Origin: a virus
Lineage: Duplodnaviria; Caudoviricetes
Strand: one strand, 5' to 3'
IMG/VR virus record: IMGVR_UViG_3300014913_000002
Location: 1-53,394 of that record
DNA: 53,394 nt
This document shows positions 1-9,152 of this stretch, in pieces; within the stretch, counting starts at the first letter, position 1; every line of letters starts with the position of its first letter. Both the position numbers and the translations under genes were made by a program. Below the pieces are notes generated by a model. It did not search any database, was not told the DNA's origin, and saw only the letters and a program-made list of their open reading frames with translations.

Positions 1-81
1 AGTATGGTCGGCTTGTTTAACATAGATATTATTTAGTATCTCAGTGCTTGTCGGAATTTCCCAGCGACTTCCAGAAGCACC
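1..81. repeat. 81-bp terminal overlap, left copy (circular assembly)
   Basis: Identical to 53314-53394; an ORF continues in frame across the junction. Confidence 0.97.
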
Positions 82-804
82 CTGATAATAGATTTTCACT
101 GTCGGGGCATTTCCGCTCCCGCTTACCGAGGCATAGATTTTCCCGACTATCCTTGAGCCCGAATCTGGAGTGTGGTCAGAATCCAAAGCTAAAGGTATTA
201 TATAGCTTGTTTTTTCTCCCATCTTCAACTCATTGCTTTCCGATGAGGTGGCAATCAAGACTTCTGAATCATCGGTTTTTCTTTCGTAAAGTTTCCAATA
301 GAGTCTAAGAGTCTTTGTTCCCGAAGTCTTTTCAGCGAAAATAAACCAATCATACATTCCTCGAGGGAGTTTTGATGGTGCTTCTCCGACATCTGAAATC
401 CATGTTCCAAGAAGCTGGCCGTCGGTTACGCCTGATGCCTCGATGTATGTCTCTGAGTCAGCCGAGGGAATAAGAGAGCAAACCTTATAACCTGTATCGC
501 CATCATCGTCATCGGTCATATAATAGTTTGCTCCGATAGCCGTGGCTACCCAATCAACATAACCTTTATTCACAAACTCATCAGGATTAGAAAAATCATC
601 ATATTCTTGGTCAAGAAGGGGGATGCCATTTACAACTGTCTGTGGTGTGGTTTGGTCAAGAATAAGGGCCTCGCCCGCTGTGGAAGAGGATGTTTCTCCA
701 CCACCTAAGGCTAGCATACGGAGAGACTGAAGGCGCTTTTCAAGTCGCATTGTAAATGATTCAAATTCATCACGCCTTAAAAATATCTTTCCTGTGCCAG
801 CCAT
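1..804 (-). CDS. Tail fibre/receptor-binding-like protein, N-terminal part (continues at 53313 down to 52102; ~671 aa total)
   Basis: ATG at 804 with GGAGG RBS at 809-813; reads MAGTGKIFLRRDEF... open to base 1 and in frame with the 52102 ORF across the overlap; follows the tail-tip gene. Confidence 0.8.
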   Translation of the reverse strand, partial: MAGTGKIFLRRDEFESFTMRLEKRLQSLRMLALGGGETSSSTAGEALILDQTTPQTVVNGIPLLDQEYDDFSNPDEFVNKGYVDWVATAIGANYYMTDDDDGDTGYKVCSLIPSADSETYIEASGVTDGQLLGTWISDVGEAPSKLPRGMYDWFIFAEKTSGTKTLRLYWKLYERKTDDSEVLIATSSESNELKMGEKTSYIIPLALDSDHTPDSGSRIVGKIYASVSGSGNAPTVKIYYQGASGSRWEIPTSTEILNNIYVKQADHT

Positions 805-813
805 ATTTCCTCC

Positions 814-2502
814 TTAATAGGTTTGAGAGTCTAAAATTGCCCTTACTTCCACCAACCCATCACTCCGCTTTGAAATTTCTCGAATTCTAAAAAGCACCGT
901 AGAGAGCTTGCCGTTTGAATAAAGAGCCCTATTTCTGGTAAGTTTTACTTTTTCAGTTGGGACTTGATTGTAACCTATTCCAAAGTCTGAAAAATAAACC
1001 TCAAGTCGAGGTGTTTCATACATGGATTTTAGAGAAGATGCCAGGTTTTGAGCATCCGTTGAGTTTTTTAGATAAGTTTCAATTTCCAAGGTTTCTTCAT
1101 TTCGATATAGATATTTCGCTACATCTGAGGTTGTCTCATACACGGAGAAAGTTCTTTTTGCGGGATTCTCGTCATATTTAATCTTGTAATTATATTTTAC
1201 TGTATCAACCCGCTGTGACATTTGAAAATTGACAAAATATTCATCTCTCAAGTGTGGTGTTCCTGATGGCTCGCCTGATTCAAAAACAATAGGTGCTAGC
1301 TTACCGTCAAGGGTGGGGATAAGCTTAAATAGACAGCTTGCTTCCAATCGCTCTACAAATTCTTGGAAAGACATTTCGGAGTCAAGATATATTGCCAACT
1401 CCTGAGTTCTTTTAGACTTGAGGTTAGAAAATTCAGTTAAATCTAAATTAGAGTCGGAAATATCAAGGACTGAATTTAGGACTTTCTTTAAGATATCCGA
1501 GACATTGGTCATGAGGCTTGAATCAGCGTTTTTGTAGCCCTTTGCCTCAACCAAAATCTCTGATGGTGCGGATCGCAACGTAAACCTAGCTGACTGAGCC
1601 CCACCATCACTAAATTGGGAAATATCCTTGTTTCCCATTTGCTGAGATTTTGAGCCAACTTGGGTTTCTGAAGGTGAATACTGAGAAAGGATGGCAATCT
1701 GGGCAGTTCCGGAAGGTGAACCAATTTTTTTAAACCAAAGAACAACCCTGGTTACATAAAAATCATTTCCGGCTGGTGTGGTAAAGCTTTGGGCGATTCT
1801 AGTCCGAGCTGAGGCATCTCGAAAAGGCTGGTATGACCACCCCGACCAATCAATATAACGGACTTTCAACTCCTCAGAGCCGGAATCAAGGTCTTCTTTG
1901 CCATAAATTTCAAATACTAAGTCATAACTTTTGCCCGTCCAGCTTCCCCCACCATCAATTTCAAAAGCCTGGCCATCTCCATAACCGGAGTTCTTCGCTA
2001 CCTGGAGATAATTGCTTCCATCGATTGAGAAATCGGCCTCTAAAACGAAATAATAGGTAGTCGAAGCAGACAGTTTTGGTGTCCCTGTAAGGGTAAATTC
2101 GCAGTTTGCCAGGTCTTCTGTATAGTCAGTCCCGGGGGTTAGGGTTTCTCCATCAGCTTCGATTTTCTCAATGCTATAAAGCTCACCTATATTTTCATCG
2201 CAGATTTTATATTTGAGCTGAGTGGTATCTATACAGACTGGGATAATATTTGATTTATGACCAAAAAGAAGGGGAATCGGCTGGCCGTCTGCGTTCGGGT
2301 CAAGATTGGGGTAGTCGGTGGTATTATACCGTCTTCTAGGAATGATAACATCTAACACTTCTTTTCCCTCTCCCTTGTAAGGAATATATCCGATGGCCGG
2401 GATTCTCCCGTATTCCATATCTCCAAGCCAGACAAAATATTGGGAGTCGACATAAGGGATTCTCCCGTATTCCATTGAACCAATGAATTTTGCACTACCC
2501 AC
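814..2502 (-). CDS. Tail tip/hub-like virion protein
   Basis: 562 aa in the tail module; GQPIPLLFG motif typical of tail-tip hub proteins; internal Ser/Gly-rich beta domain. Confidence 0.65.
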   Translation of the reverse strand: MGSAKFIGSMEYGRIPYVDSQYFVWLGDMEYGRIPAIGYIPYKGEGKEVLDVIIPRRRYNTTDYPNLDPNADGQPIPLLFGHKSNIIPVCIDTTQLKYKICDENIGELYSIEKIEADGETLTPGTDYTEDLANCEFTLTGTPKLSASTTYYFVLEADFSIDGSNYLQVAKNSGYGDGQAFEIDGGGSWTGKSYDLVFEIYGKEDLDSGSEELKVRYIDWSGWSYQPFRDASARTRIAQSFTTPAGNDFYVTRVVLWFKKIGSPSGTAQIAILSQYSPSETQVGSKSQQMGNKDISQFSDGGAQSARFTLRSAPSEILVEAKGYKNADSSLMTNVSDILKKVLNSVLDISDSNLDLTEFSNLKSKRTQELAIYLDSEMSFQEFVERLEASCLFKLIPTLDGKLAPIVFESGEPSGTPHLRDEYFVNFQMSQRVDTVKYNYKIKYDENPAKRTFSVYETTSDVAKYLYRNEETLEIETYLKNSTDAQNLASSLKSMYETPRLEVYFSDFGIGYNQVPTEKVKLTRNRALYSNGKLSTVLFRIREISKRSDGLVEVRAILDSQTY

Positions 2503-2507
2503 ACCCT

Positions 2508-2924
2508 TTACTCCAGATTATCAAAATAAGCTCGTTTTTCGCCATTATCATATTCGCATGGATTCATTAATTGAACCAGATATATCTTCTTTGAAGCTGT
2601 GAAATTAGCCTCAATTTTCTCCCAAGCTCCATTTCCTGAAGCAGAAGCCTCGGCCATTATTTCACCTGTATCCGGGTCAATAATTCTCATGTAAACCTTT
2701 CCTGCCTCTGGCGGATATACATAAACCGAAACGGTTACATCTCCAGCATCGCAACCATACCAAACCTCACAAACTCCACCGTGCTTCAGCTCAAGAGCAT
2801 AAGAGCCAGCATACACAGTATTTGATTGAAGCCTGAATTTATTTTGCAGGGGCCAGAGATTCACGCCGTAAAACAAATTTTCAGACTCATTAATTACGAT
2901 TGAAACCCCATTATAATCAGCCAT
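2508..2924 (-). CDS. Putative virion protein (carbohydrate-binding-like beta sandwich)
   Basis: Tail module position; GSYALEL...WEKIEANF...YFDNLE pattern; start placed at MADYNG. Confidence 0.5.
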   Translation of the reverse strand: MADYNGVSIVINESENLFYGVNLWPLQNKFRLQSNTVYAGSYALELKHGGVCEVWYGCDAGDVTVSVYVYPPEAGKVYMRIIDPDTGEIMAEASASGNGAWEKIEANFTASKKIYLVQLMNPCEYDNGEKRAYFDNLE

Positions 2925-2926
2925 TT

Positions 2927-3697
2927 TTACGCCTTCTTTACGAGGCAACCGTTACTTCCACTATCTACCACCAACCACTCATATCCATCCAGACTTACAG
3001 TTTGTCCGTTGGTAAGATTGCTAGCATTATAATACTTGCATACCCCTTCAAGTTGGCCCATAATCTTTTTTGTATTAATATTTAAAATAGGTGTTTCAAA
3101 TATCATTACGGTTGAGGCTATTGTTAACAAAGATTGATAGCTTGAAGTATCTGCTCTTGATGCTAAGATTGTGCCTGAGTTACCGTTTTCATCAAAAAGA
3201 CATGCCCAGCCACTATAAGACCCCAAATTATAATATCCTAAGGGATTATAAGTAGAACCCGAACTTGTAGCCACAATAGCTATAGGCATATTTTTTGAGA
3301 CATCAAATCGAATCAACTGGCCAATGTAATAAGCATATCCAGAAGCCAAGTATACAAAAATAAACCTGTGGTTAGAGACGGCTATCCCGTATCCACCACT
3401 GGGTTTTCGGATATACATAGTATTGCTATTTATTTGAGTTAAGCTATTTCCTGTTCCACTGTGAGAACCAGAATCCCATCCTTCCCAAAGCTCTACGATG
3501 GCGTAATCTGCGTAATTATCATCTATTTTGACATAATAATCCACATTAGCCGAGGCATCATAGTTTCGATAAACTTTTGCATTTGTCCCTGCTGAGCCAT
3601 CATAGACCGACCAATAATCGTTTACCACAAGATAAGTATCCAAAATCGAAAGCAAAGCTCCTGCTGATTGACTCATTGTTCCGGTATTCCAAGCCAT
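2927..3697 (-). CDS. Putative virion/tail protein
   Basis: 256 aa, Ser/Gly/Tyr-rich, MAWNTGT start, tail module. Confidence 0.55.
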   Translation of the reverse strand: MAWNTGTMSQSAGALLSILDTYLVVNDYWSVYDGSAGTNAKVYRNYDASANVDYYVKIDDNYADYAIVELWEGWDSGSHSGTGNSLTQINSNTMYIRKPSGGYGIAVSNHRFIFVYLASGYAYYIGQLIRFDVSKNMPIAIVATSSGSTYNPLGYYNLGSYSGWACLFDENGNSGTILASRADTSSYQSLLTIASTVMIFETPILNINTKKIMGQLEGVCKYYNASNLTNGQTVSLDGYEWLVVDSGSNGCLVKKA

Positions 3698-3707
3698 GTT
3701 TCACCCC

Positions 3708-4379
3708 TTACAATACAAATTTCCTTAAATCTTCAACTGCTATTTCTATATATAAATCCATCCAGGTAATATTTCCTGTCCAGCCATTCCAGAGGGTAAT
3801 ATAGTCGTTATAGCTGGCTCCCTTTTTTCCAATTTTAATAAGAATTTTCTTGGCCATGTAAATATAATCATGGAGTCTTTGGTCGAAATAGCCATCAGCA
3901 TTGATAAGTCGAATTGGCCCGATAGATTTCTGAATTCCCCCTTCTGAAAAATCAGATATAGCAAGATTTATTTCAGGAATGCTGGCATCATCCAAAAAAG
4001 GCAGATAAAATTTCCCATTGAAGACAATCTCATCAGGATGCACATATTGTTTATTTGTATAATATTCCCACCAGTATGAAGCGATTATGTAGCTTCCGCC
4101 ACCCGGGTCATCAGAGCCGGATGTATGGACATAGAGGCGATTACTTGAGCTGTCGTAATACCAACTTGAGGCGTTGGAGTCGCAATCTGATAAACTTGCT
4201 CTTTCGGTGTAATCCGTGCCATTCTCCTGGACTCGGGATGGCTTGCCTTCTGGGTGGGAAAGGTAGTAACAATTCGTATATGTTCCGTCTTGTGTCCAAC
4301 TCTCGGTATCAAGACGTCTAGCTGGCTCTATTTCTATCAAGAAAACAAGGTCATCTTGTTGAGTAAAAGAAACAGACAT
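3708..4379 (-). CDS. Tail tip protein (hub N-terminal-like)
   Basis: Directly after the distal-tail gene; LINADGYFD motif. Confidence 0.55.
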   Translation of the reverse strand: MSVSFTQQDDLVFLIEIEPARRLDTESWTQDGTYTNCYYLSHPEGKPSRVQENGTDYTERASLSDCDSNASSWYYDSSSNRLYVHTSGSDDPGGGSYIIASYWWEYYTNKQYVHPDEIVFNGKFYLPFLDDASIPEINLAISDFSEGGIQKSIGPIRLINADGYFDQRLHDYIYMAKKILIKIGKKGASYNDYITLWNGWTGNITWMDLYIEIAVEDLRKFVL

Positions 4380-5129
4380 TTACCGAGCCTCCTCTAATTC
4401 AAGACGGAGTTCATATTTGTCAGAGTCGGGCATATTAGCTACAACCCAAGGCGTAGTATTTAAAACATAATAGGTGTTAGACGATGGAGAAGACGAATCG
4501 GCACAGAAGAAATATGGGATAGACTGACCCACGGAATCAAAGATAGTTTCAAGATTGGATTTGTCGGTTGAGGTTAAGCCCCGGAAATTGTAAGAAAAAC
4601 GTTTATAGCGGTCTTTCTGGTTTGTGGCGATCTGGCCGTTTGAAGAAAAAATAATCCCTGATGGGTCAATATATTGAAATTCGAAACCGTATGAATAAAC
4701 CCTTGATAATTCTACATGACCACCTAAAAAGACCCTTCCCACAAGTAAATAACCATCGCTATTTCCGGCATCATCAATATAAATTCTCCACCAGCGGTAA
4801 TTTTGAGCAGAAGACCAGAATTTTACAATTACATCTGAGGTTATATTCAAAGTTTCATCCACCGGTGGGGATGTCCAGCTATCCGAGGAGTTGGCCTGAA
4901 TTTTCAGCGTAGCCCCGGTTGTGAAGTTATGATATTTGATTGCGAAAGCCTTAATATCCTGAGCTGATCCTAAATCAATTTTCAGCCACTCTCCGGACAC
5001 CCCGGTTGATTTCCAGTATTTCTTCCACCAGTGATGCTGAGTATTTGAGGCTGGGAATTCACTATCCTCTGAAGATGCGGTTAGGGTTCCACCATCCCAG
5101 AGATTGTTATACATAAATCTTACTGCCAT
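4380..5129 (-). CDS. Distal tail-like protein with discoidin (F5/8 type C)-like domain
   Basis: Follows the tape measure gene; TASSE..FPASN, EWLKIDLGSAQ, YRWWRI motifs. Confidence 0.7.
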   Translation of the reverse strand: MAVRFMYNNLWDGGTLTASSEDSEFPASNTQHHWWKKYWKSTGVSGEWLKIDLGSAQDIKAFAIKYHNFTTGATLKIQANSSDSWTSPPVDETLNITSDVIVKFWSSAQNYRWWRIYIDDAGNSDGYLLVGRVFLGGHVELSRVYSYGFEFQYIDPSGIIFSSNGQIATNQKDRYKRFSYNFRGLTSTDKSNLETIFDSVGQSIPYFFCADSSSPSSNTYYVLNTTPWVVANMPDSDKYELRLELEEAR

Positions 5130-5133
5130 TTTT

Positions 5134-7521
5134 TTATCCTGAAATATTTGTCATGCGAACTCTTAATCTATTTGTATCAAAAAGATACTGAACCCAATTT
5201 TTAATCTCCCGACCACCGCCCTTGTTTATAAAATCCCGAAAAGACTGAGCATCTAAAGCACTAACCTGGAGATTTACGGTTAAGTTGGGGGAAGCAGGTT
5301 GGCTTGTAGGTGTCACGGCAATCCTTTCAGGCCCTCTTTCACCAGCCACAAAAAGTGTAGGTTGAGTTACGGTAGTGTTTATTCCAGTTTGGGCTGATTT
5401 AAGCTTACGGAGAAGGGAAGTATTGTTGCTAATTTCTTTAAGCAATCCCCTAATATAGCCTAGCTTTTGGTTTACATGGTCAACTTTTACTCCAAATTCA
5501 CTCCACATCCCGGCTATTTTTTTATTGACATCATCTAATTTTTCATTGATAACCGTCAAATAGACCCAGTTTTGTTCTTCAAGGAGTTTGGTTATATATT
5601 CATTACCACCTTTTTTTCCTTTGCCCAAGAGTTTATCTATTACACCGCCAACTAACTTAAAAGCCGCATAAAGAGCCACGGCCACCGCTCCCACCTTCAG
5701 GATAGCTCCCGCCGCATTAGCTAAAATTTTAGCTGAGGTAGCAATCGCCTTTGAAAGAGATACAAGAAGAAAACCTACGCTTTTGCCAACCCCTTTGACT
5801 GCATTGGCCATTGTGGTTATAGACGACCCTAGCGATGAGGTTATGCTAGAGGCCGCAGAGGTTGCCCCTGAGATAAGGTTTTTTATGAAATTCACCGACC
5901 ATTCAGCCACCATTTCACCGATGACCCGGAAGAAGGATTTTTTTATATCTTCCCAGAGGCCAGATAAAAATTCTTTAAATGTCTTTGTTCCCTCGAGCCA
6001 ACTTTGGATGGTGTTTGCCCAGCCGGTAGCAATGTCATTGTAAAGCCCATCGAAATAATTTTTGATGCTCTGTGTAGTTTCTTCTGTCTCGTATGAAAGA
6101 TTCTCGAGGCTTTCAGGAACCTTCTCGATAATATCTTTAAAATTTCTAGCCCCGGGAATAGCGGTTTCCAAGAAGCCATCTTTTAGGGTGGCCTGGGCTT
6201 TCTTTAAAACATTCACAAGATTTTCAACCACCGGAATGACCCCGTCATATCCGACAACCAGAGAATTGGTAGCATTGATTTGAGTCACAAGTAATGTGGT
6301 TGTTTGTTTCAAGGTTGAATTTAACTTACCGTGTTCTTCTTTGTTCTTTTTAGCCGCCTTTTCCATATCTTCAAGGTTTCTATCATATCCACCTACAACC
6401 GCCTGACCGCCATAAATCGTTGCGTGTAATTCCCAAAGTTTGCGGTCCAATTCTTCTCCGCTATATTTCATCTTTAGCCAAGCGGACTGAACCCCCCAAC
6501 TTACATCTCGAACCCGCTGGGCCCAAAAATTGACTGCCTTTAAGCCCTTTTCAACCACGGGAATGGCGATTTTACCAATTTGCTCCATTGCCTCAAACAA
6601 ATTCATGATTGCAGTGGCCGCACCTTCAGCCCACTCCTGCAATTTCCCGGTTTTTATCAACTGGTCAAGTTTTTCATTGAAGGCAGAGAGTCTTTCTTTG
6701 AGATAATCAAATACCCCGGCTTTCATTACAGCTTCCCGGAATTGAAACCATTTATCCTGAAGCATTGAAACGGTGCCAGCCCAGGTAGTAGAAAGCTTGT
6801 CGGCCGCTCCCGCTATTTTTCCTTCTGGGTCAGTAAAGGCCTCATACATAATTCGCCTAAATTCCGGCAGGCTAACCTTGGTAATATCTTCAATGCCATA
6901 TTTCATTCTGGCGAAGTCTTTAATGATTTGTAGAATGCCACGTTCACGAAAAATATCAGCCGCACCCGCACCGCCGGCGAATGCTCGCCCTAATGCTGAA
7001 GCCGCCTCTGGAAGTTTCATCCCCATCACGGCCGCTAAATCCGTCAGAATTGGAGTCCACTGCTGTAAATCCGCTCCCATTGCGGTAAGAGTAGTTCCGG
7101 ATTCAATTACCTCCTGAAGGGTAAAGGGAACTTTTGCGGCTGTCTTTCTAAAAAACTCCATCGCTTCAGTGGCCGCTTCTTGTGAGCCAAGTAAAGTTTC
7201 AAGGCGAAGTCTGTATTGTTCGGTAGAAGAAGCCACATCCATGAATGAACCCGCTAGCCTACTTAAGCCTCGAAGGCCAACATAAGCACCACCAAGGGCA
7301 ATGAGTTTTTTGGTCAAAGAACCAAACGCTGAAGAAGTTTTATTCGCCGCACCACTCGCTTTCCTTAAGGCTGGGGTAAGCTCTGAATTTGTAGATTTCC
7401 CCACAGAAGAAATTTTCAAACCGACATTTTTTAAGGCTCTTTCTGCATTAGATAATCCAGATTTTAGTTTAGAGGTATCCAGCCCCAAAGTGACAAAAAG
7501 TTCCCCTATGTTTTTACCCAT
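5134..7521 (-). CDS. Tail tape measure protein
   Basis: 795 aa helical, Ala/Gly-rich; IGELFVTLGLDTS start; tape-measure N domain (AAKVPFTLQEV); downstream of tail chaperones. Confidence 0.92.
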   Translation of the reverse strand: MGKNIGELFVTLGLDTSKLKSGLSNAERALKNVGLKISSVGKSTNSELTPALRKASGAANKTSSAFGSLTKKLIALGGAYVGLRGLSRLAGSFMDVASSTEQYRLRLETLLGSQEAATEAMEFFRKTAAKVPFTLQEVIESGTTLTAMGADLQQWTPILTDLAAVMGMKLPEAASALGRAFAGGAGAADIFRERGILQIIKDFARMKYGIEDITKVSLPEFRRIMYEAFTDPEGKIAGAADKLSTTWAGTVSMLQDKWFQFREAVMKAGVFDYLKERLSAFNEKLDQLIKTGKLQEWAEGAATAIMNLFEAMEQIGKIAIPVVEKGLKAVNFWAQRVRDVSWGVQSAWLKMKYSGEELDRKLWELHATIYGGQAVVGGYDRNLEDMEKAAKKNKEEHGKLNSTLKQTTTLLVTQINATNSLVVGYDGVIPVVENLVNVLKKAQATLKDGFLETAIPGARNFKDIIEKVPESLENLSYETEETTQSIKNYFDGLYNDIATGWANTIQSWLEGTKTFKEFLSGLWEDIKKSFFRVIGEMVAEWSVNFIKNLISGATSAASSITSSLGSSITTMANAVKGVGKSVGFLLVSLSKAIATSAKILANAAGAILKVGAVAVALYAAFKLVGGVIDKLLGKGKKGGNEYITKLLEEQNWVYLTVINEKLDDVNKKIAGMWSEFGVKVDHVNQKLGYIRGLLKEISNNTSLLRKLKSAQTGINTTVTQPTLFVAGERGPERIAVTPTSQPASPNLTVNLQVSALDAQSFRDFINKGGGREIKNWVQYLFDTNRLRVRMTNISG

Positions 7522-7527
7522 TTTCTT

Positions 7528-7907
7528 TTAATCCTTCACGTAATCATCCTTGATAAGTCGCCAAAATTTTTTCTTATGTTCCTTGGCAATTTCCTTTACA
7601 ATTTTGCGAATTTCCTCTGGAGACTTGATTTCTTTCACTTCTTTCGAAGGCCACCTCACCAGGTCTCTGGGATGAACCGGCCTTTTAACAAACCCAGAGT
7701 GATTGATAATCCAGCACGCTAGGGTGGCGTTTAGTTCTACTTGTTGTCGGAATCTCCGCTCATAACCAAAGGCTAAATCCTCAAGCTCCTTTGGTGTAAG
7801 ATTCCAGAAATCGCCAGGCTTGAGTTGAAGCTCACCGAGGGCGAACCGATATGAGTCCTGAATTAGGTTTCTTTTTTCGTTTCGCCCCCGGTCTGCTCTT
7901 TTTTTTT
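7528..7907 (-). CDS. Tail assembly chaperone, -1 frameshifted C-terminal extension (gpGT-like)
   Basis: The -1 frame is open from the A9 run (7899-7907) to TAA at 7528-7530; encodes GELQLKPGDFWNLTPKEL. Confidence 0.8.
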
Positions 7908-8204
7908 CTCCTCACTACCTCCGAAGCTCAGCGTGATAGCCTCTTCAATTTTTGTAGTAATGTCATTGAGCCGGGAAATATCAATCCACTCTCCGACATC
8001 TTCAGGTCTGAGTGATTTGTCCTCATGCAGAAGACCAGCCCAAAGTAAAGCCCTAACTTGCTTGAGTGATATTGTACCACCGAGAATCTTGTCGAAATTG
8101 GCGATGGGAATACCAAATTCTTCTTCAAGGGCCACAAGTGAATTGAAGGTATACCGGAGAGAACGGCGTTTCCCTCCGAGCTCAATTGATACTGCCTGCT
8201 TCAT
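7863..8204 (-). CDS. Tail assembly chaperone (gpG-like)
   Basis: Between tail tube and tape measure genes; LRYTFNSLVALEE...LLWAGL. Confidence 0.85.
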   Translation of the reverse strand: MKQAVSIELGGKRRSLRYTFNSLVALEEEFGIPIANFDKILGGTISLKQVRALLWAGLLHEDKSLRPEDVGEWIDISRLNDITTKIEEAITLSFGGSEEKKKEQTGGETKKET

Positions 8205-8255
8205 GCAGACCTCCTCTTTATGCTTATTTCACCGGAGGAGTGAGGCAGAAAGAAA

Positions 8256-8648
8256 TTAACTGGACGATGCAGTCAACCCTCCGGTGATCTGAATCGTAGC
8301 GGTGGCGGTCAGGGCGTCTTCAAAAGGCCCGGTGTAGGTGAGAGCGGTCACAATGCCTTCGCCAGTGTAGGTATTGCCATCAGGCATTGTGATAATGCAG
8401 GTCACCGTGCTGGGTGAACCGCTAACAATGTGGTCTTGAAGGACCTTTTTGCCAACGTCATCGTAGATATAGAGAGCGTCAACGTCAATGGTGTAGTCCC
8501 GACGCCCTGCTAAATATTCGCCCTCCCGACCGGAGTCGGCCGAGGTGACATCTATGGTTGCCTGGCTGAAGGAAAGTGTAAAACTTCTTGCTCCAGCCAG
8601 AACATCGCCTTCAACTGTTAAAGTCATATTTTGACCTGATACAGCCAT
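8256..8648 (-). CDS. Major tail (tube) protein
   Basis: IDVTSADSG..EYLAGRR, YTGEGIVT, TATIQITG; TP901-1-like tail tube. Confidence 0.85.
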   Translation of the reverse strand: MAVSGQNMTLTVEGDVLAGARSFTLSFSQATIDVTSADSGREGEYLAGRRDYTIDVDALYIYDDVGKKVLQDHIVSGSPSTVTCIITMPDGNTYTGEGIVTALTYTGPFEDALTATATIQITGGLTASSS

Positions 8649-8734
8649 TTTCATCCCCCTTTGTGTGAGTTAAGTCTATTACCGGGTGGTTTACCCGGCT
8701 ATTGGATTTTCTTACATCCAAATGTTGGGTTTTC

Positions 8735-9151
8735 TTACGCCATGTGAACCCGAAACCGAACAACGCCGTGGTGTATCGGCTTTGCCGGCTCTGTATCATC
8801 TATCATGATGTCAGCATAATCAAAAAGACAGATTAGCTCTGTGTATGAATCAAAACTTAGTGGCGATGAAGTCATCGCCTGGACGATATTATCAATCATT
8901 TCAGCGGCTTCTTTATCGCCTTTATAGTCGCTCCAGACATGGATAGTGATAACATTTTCTTCAGCCGGATAGTCCCGGGCTGAGAAAGAATCAGACCTAG
9001 TTCCGATCATTGGCCCTAGGGAAATATAAGGAAAAGAGGCATCCCTGGGGACGTAGTTATATATTGAATAATTTTTTGTTAGGTTGTGGCTATCCAGACG
9101 GTTATAAACCGCTTTCATAAGTTCTTTAAAACCTACTTTCCTTGTTGTCAT
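8735..9151 (-). CDS. Tail terminator/completion protein (DUF3168-like)
   Basis: IYNYVP..ASFPYISLG, IHVWS, HGVVRFR. Confidence 0.85.
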   Translation of the reverse strand: MTTRKVGFKELMKAVYNRLDSHNLTKNYSIYNYVPRDASFPYISLGPMIGTRSDSFSARDYPAEENVITIHVWSDYKGDKEAAEMIDNIVQAMTSSPLSFDSYTELICLFDYADIMIDDTEPAKPIHHGVVRFRVHMA

Positions 9152-9152
9152 C

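Noticed and set aside
1-81. Biological terminal repeat
   Set aside because: It falls mid-gene and is consistent with an assembler overlap; true termini cannot be determined from this sequence
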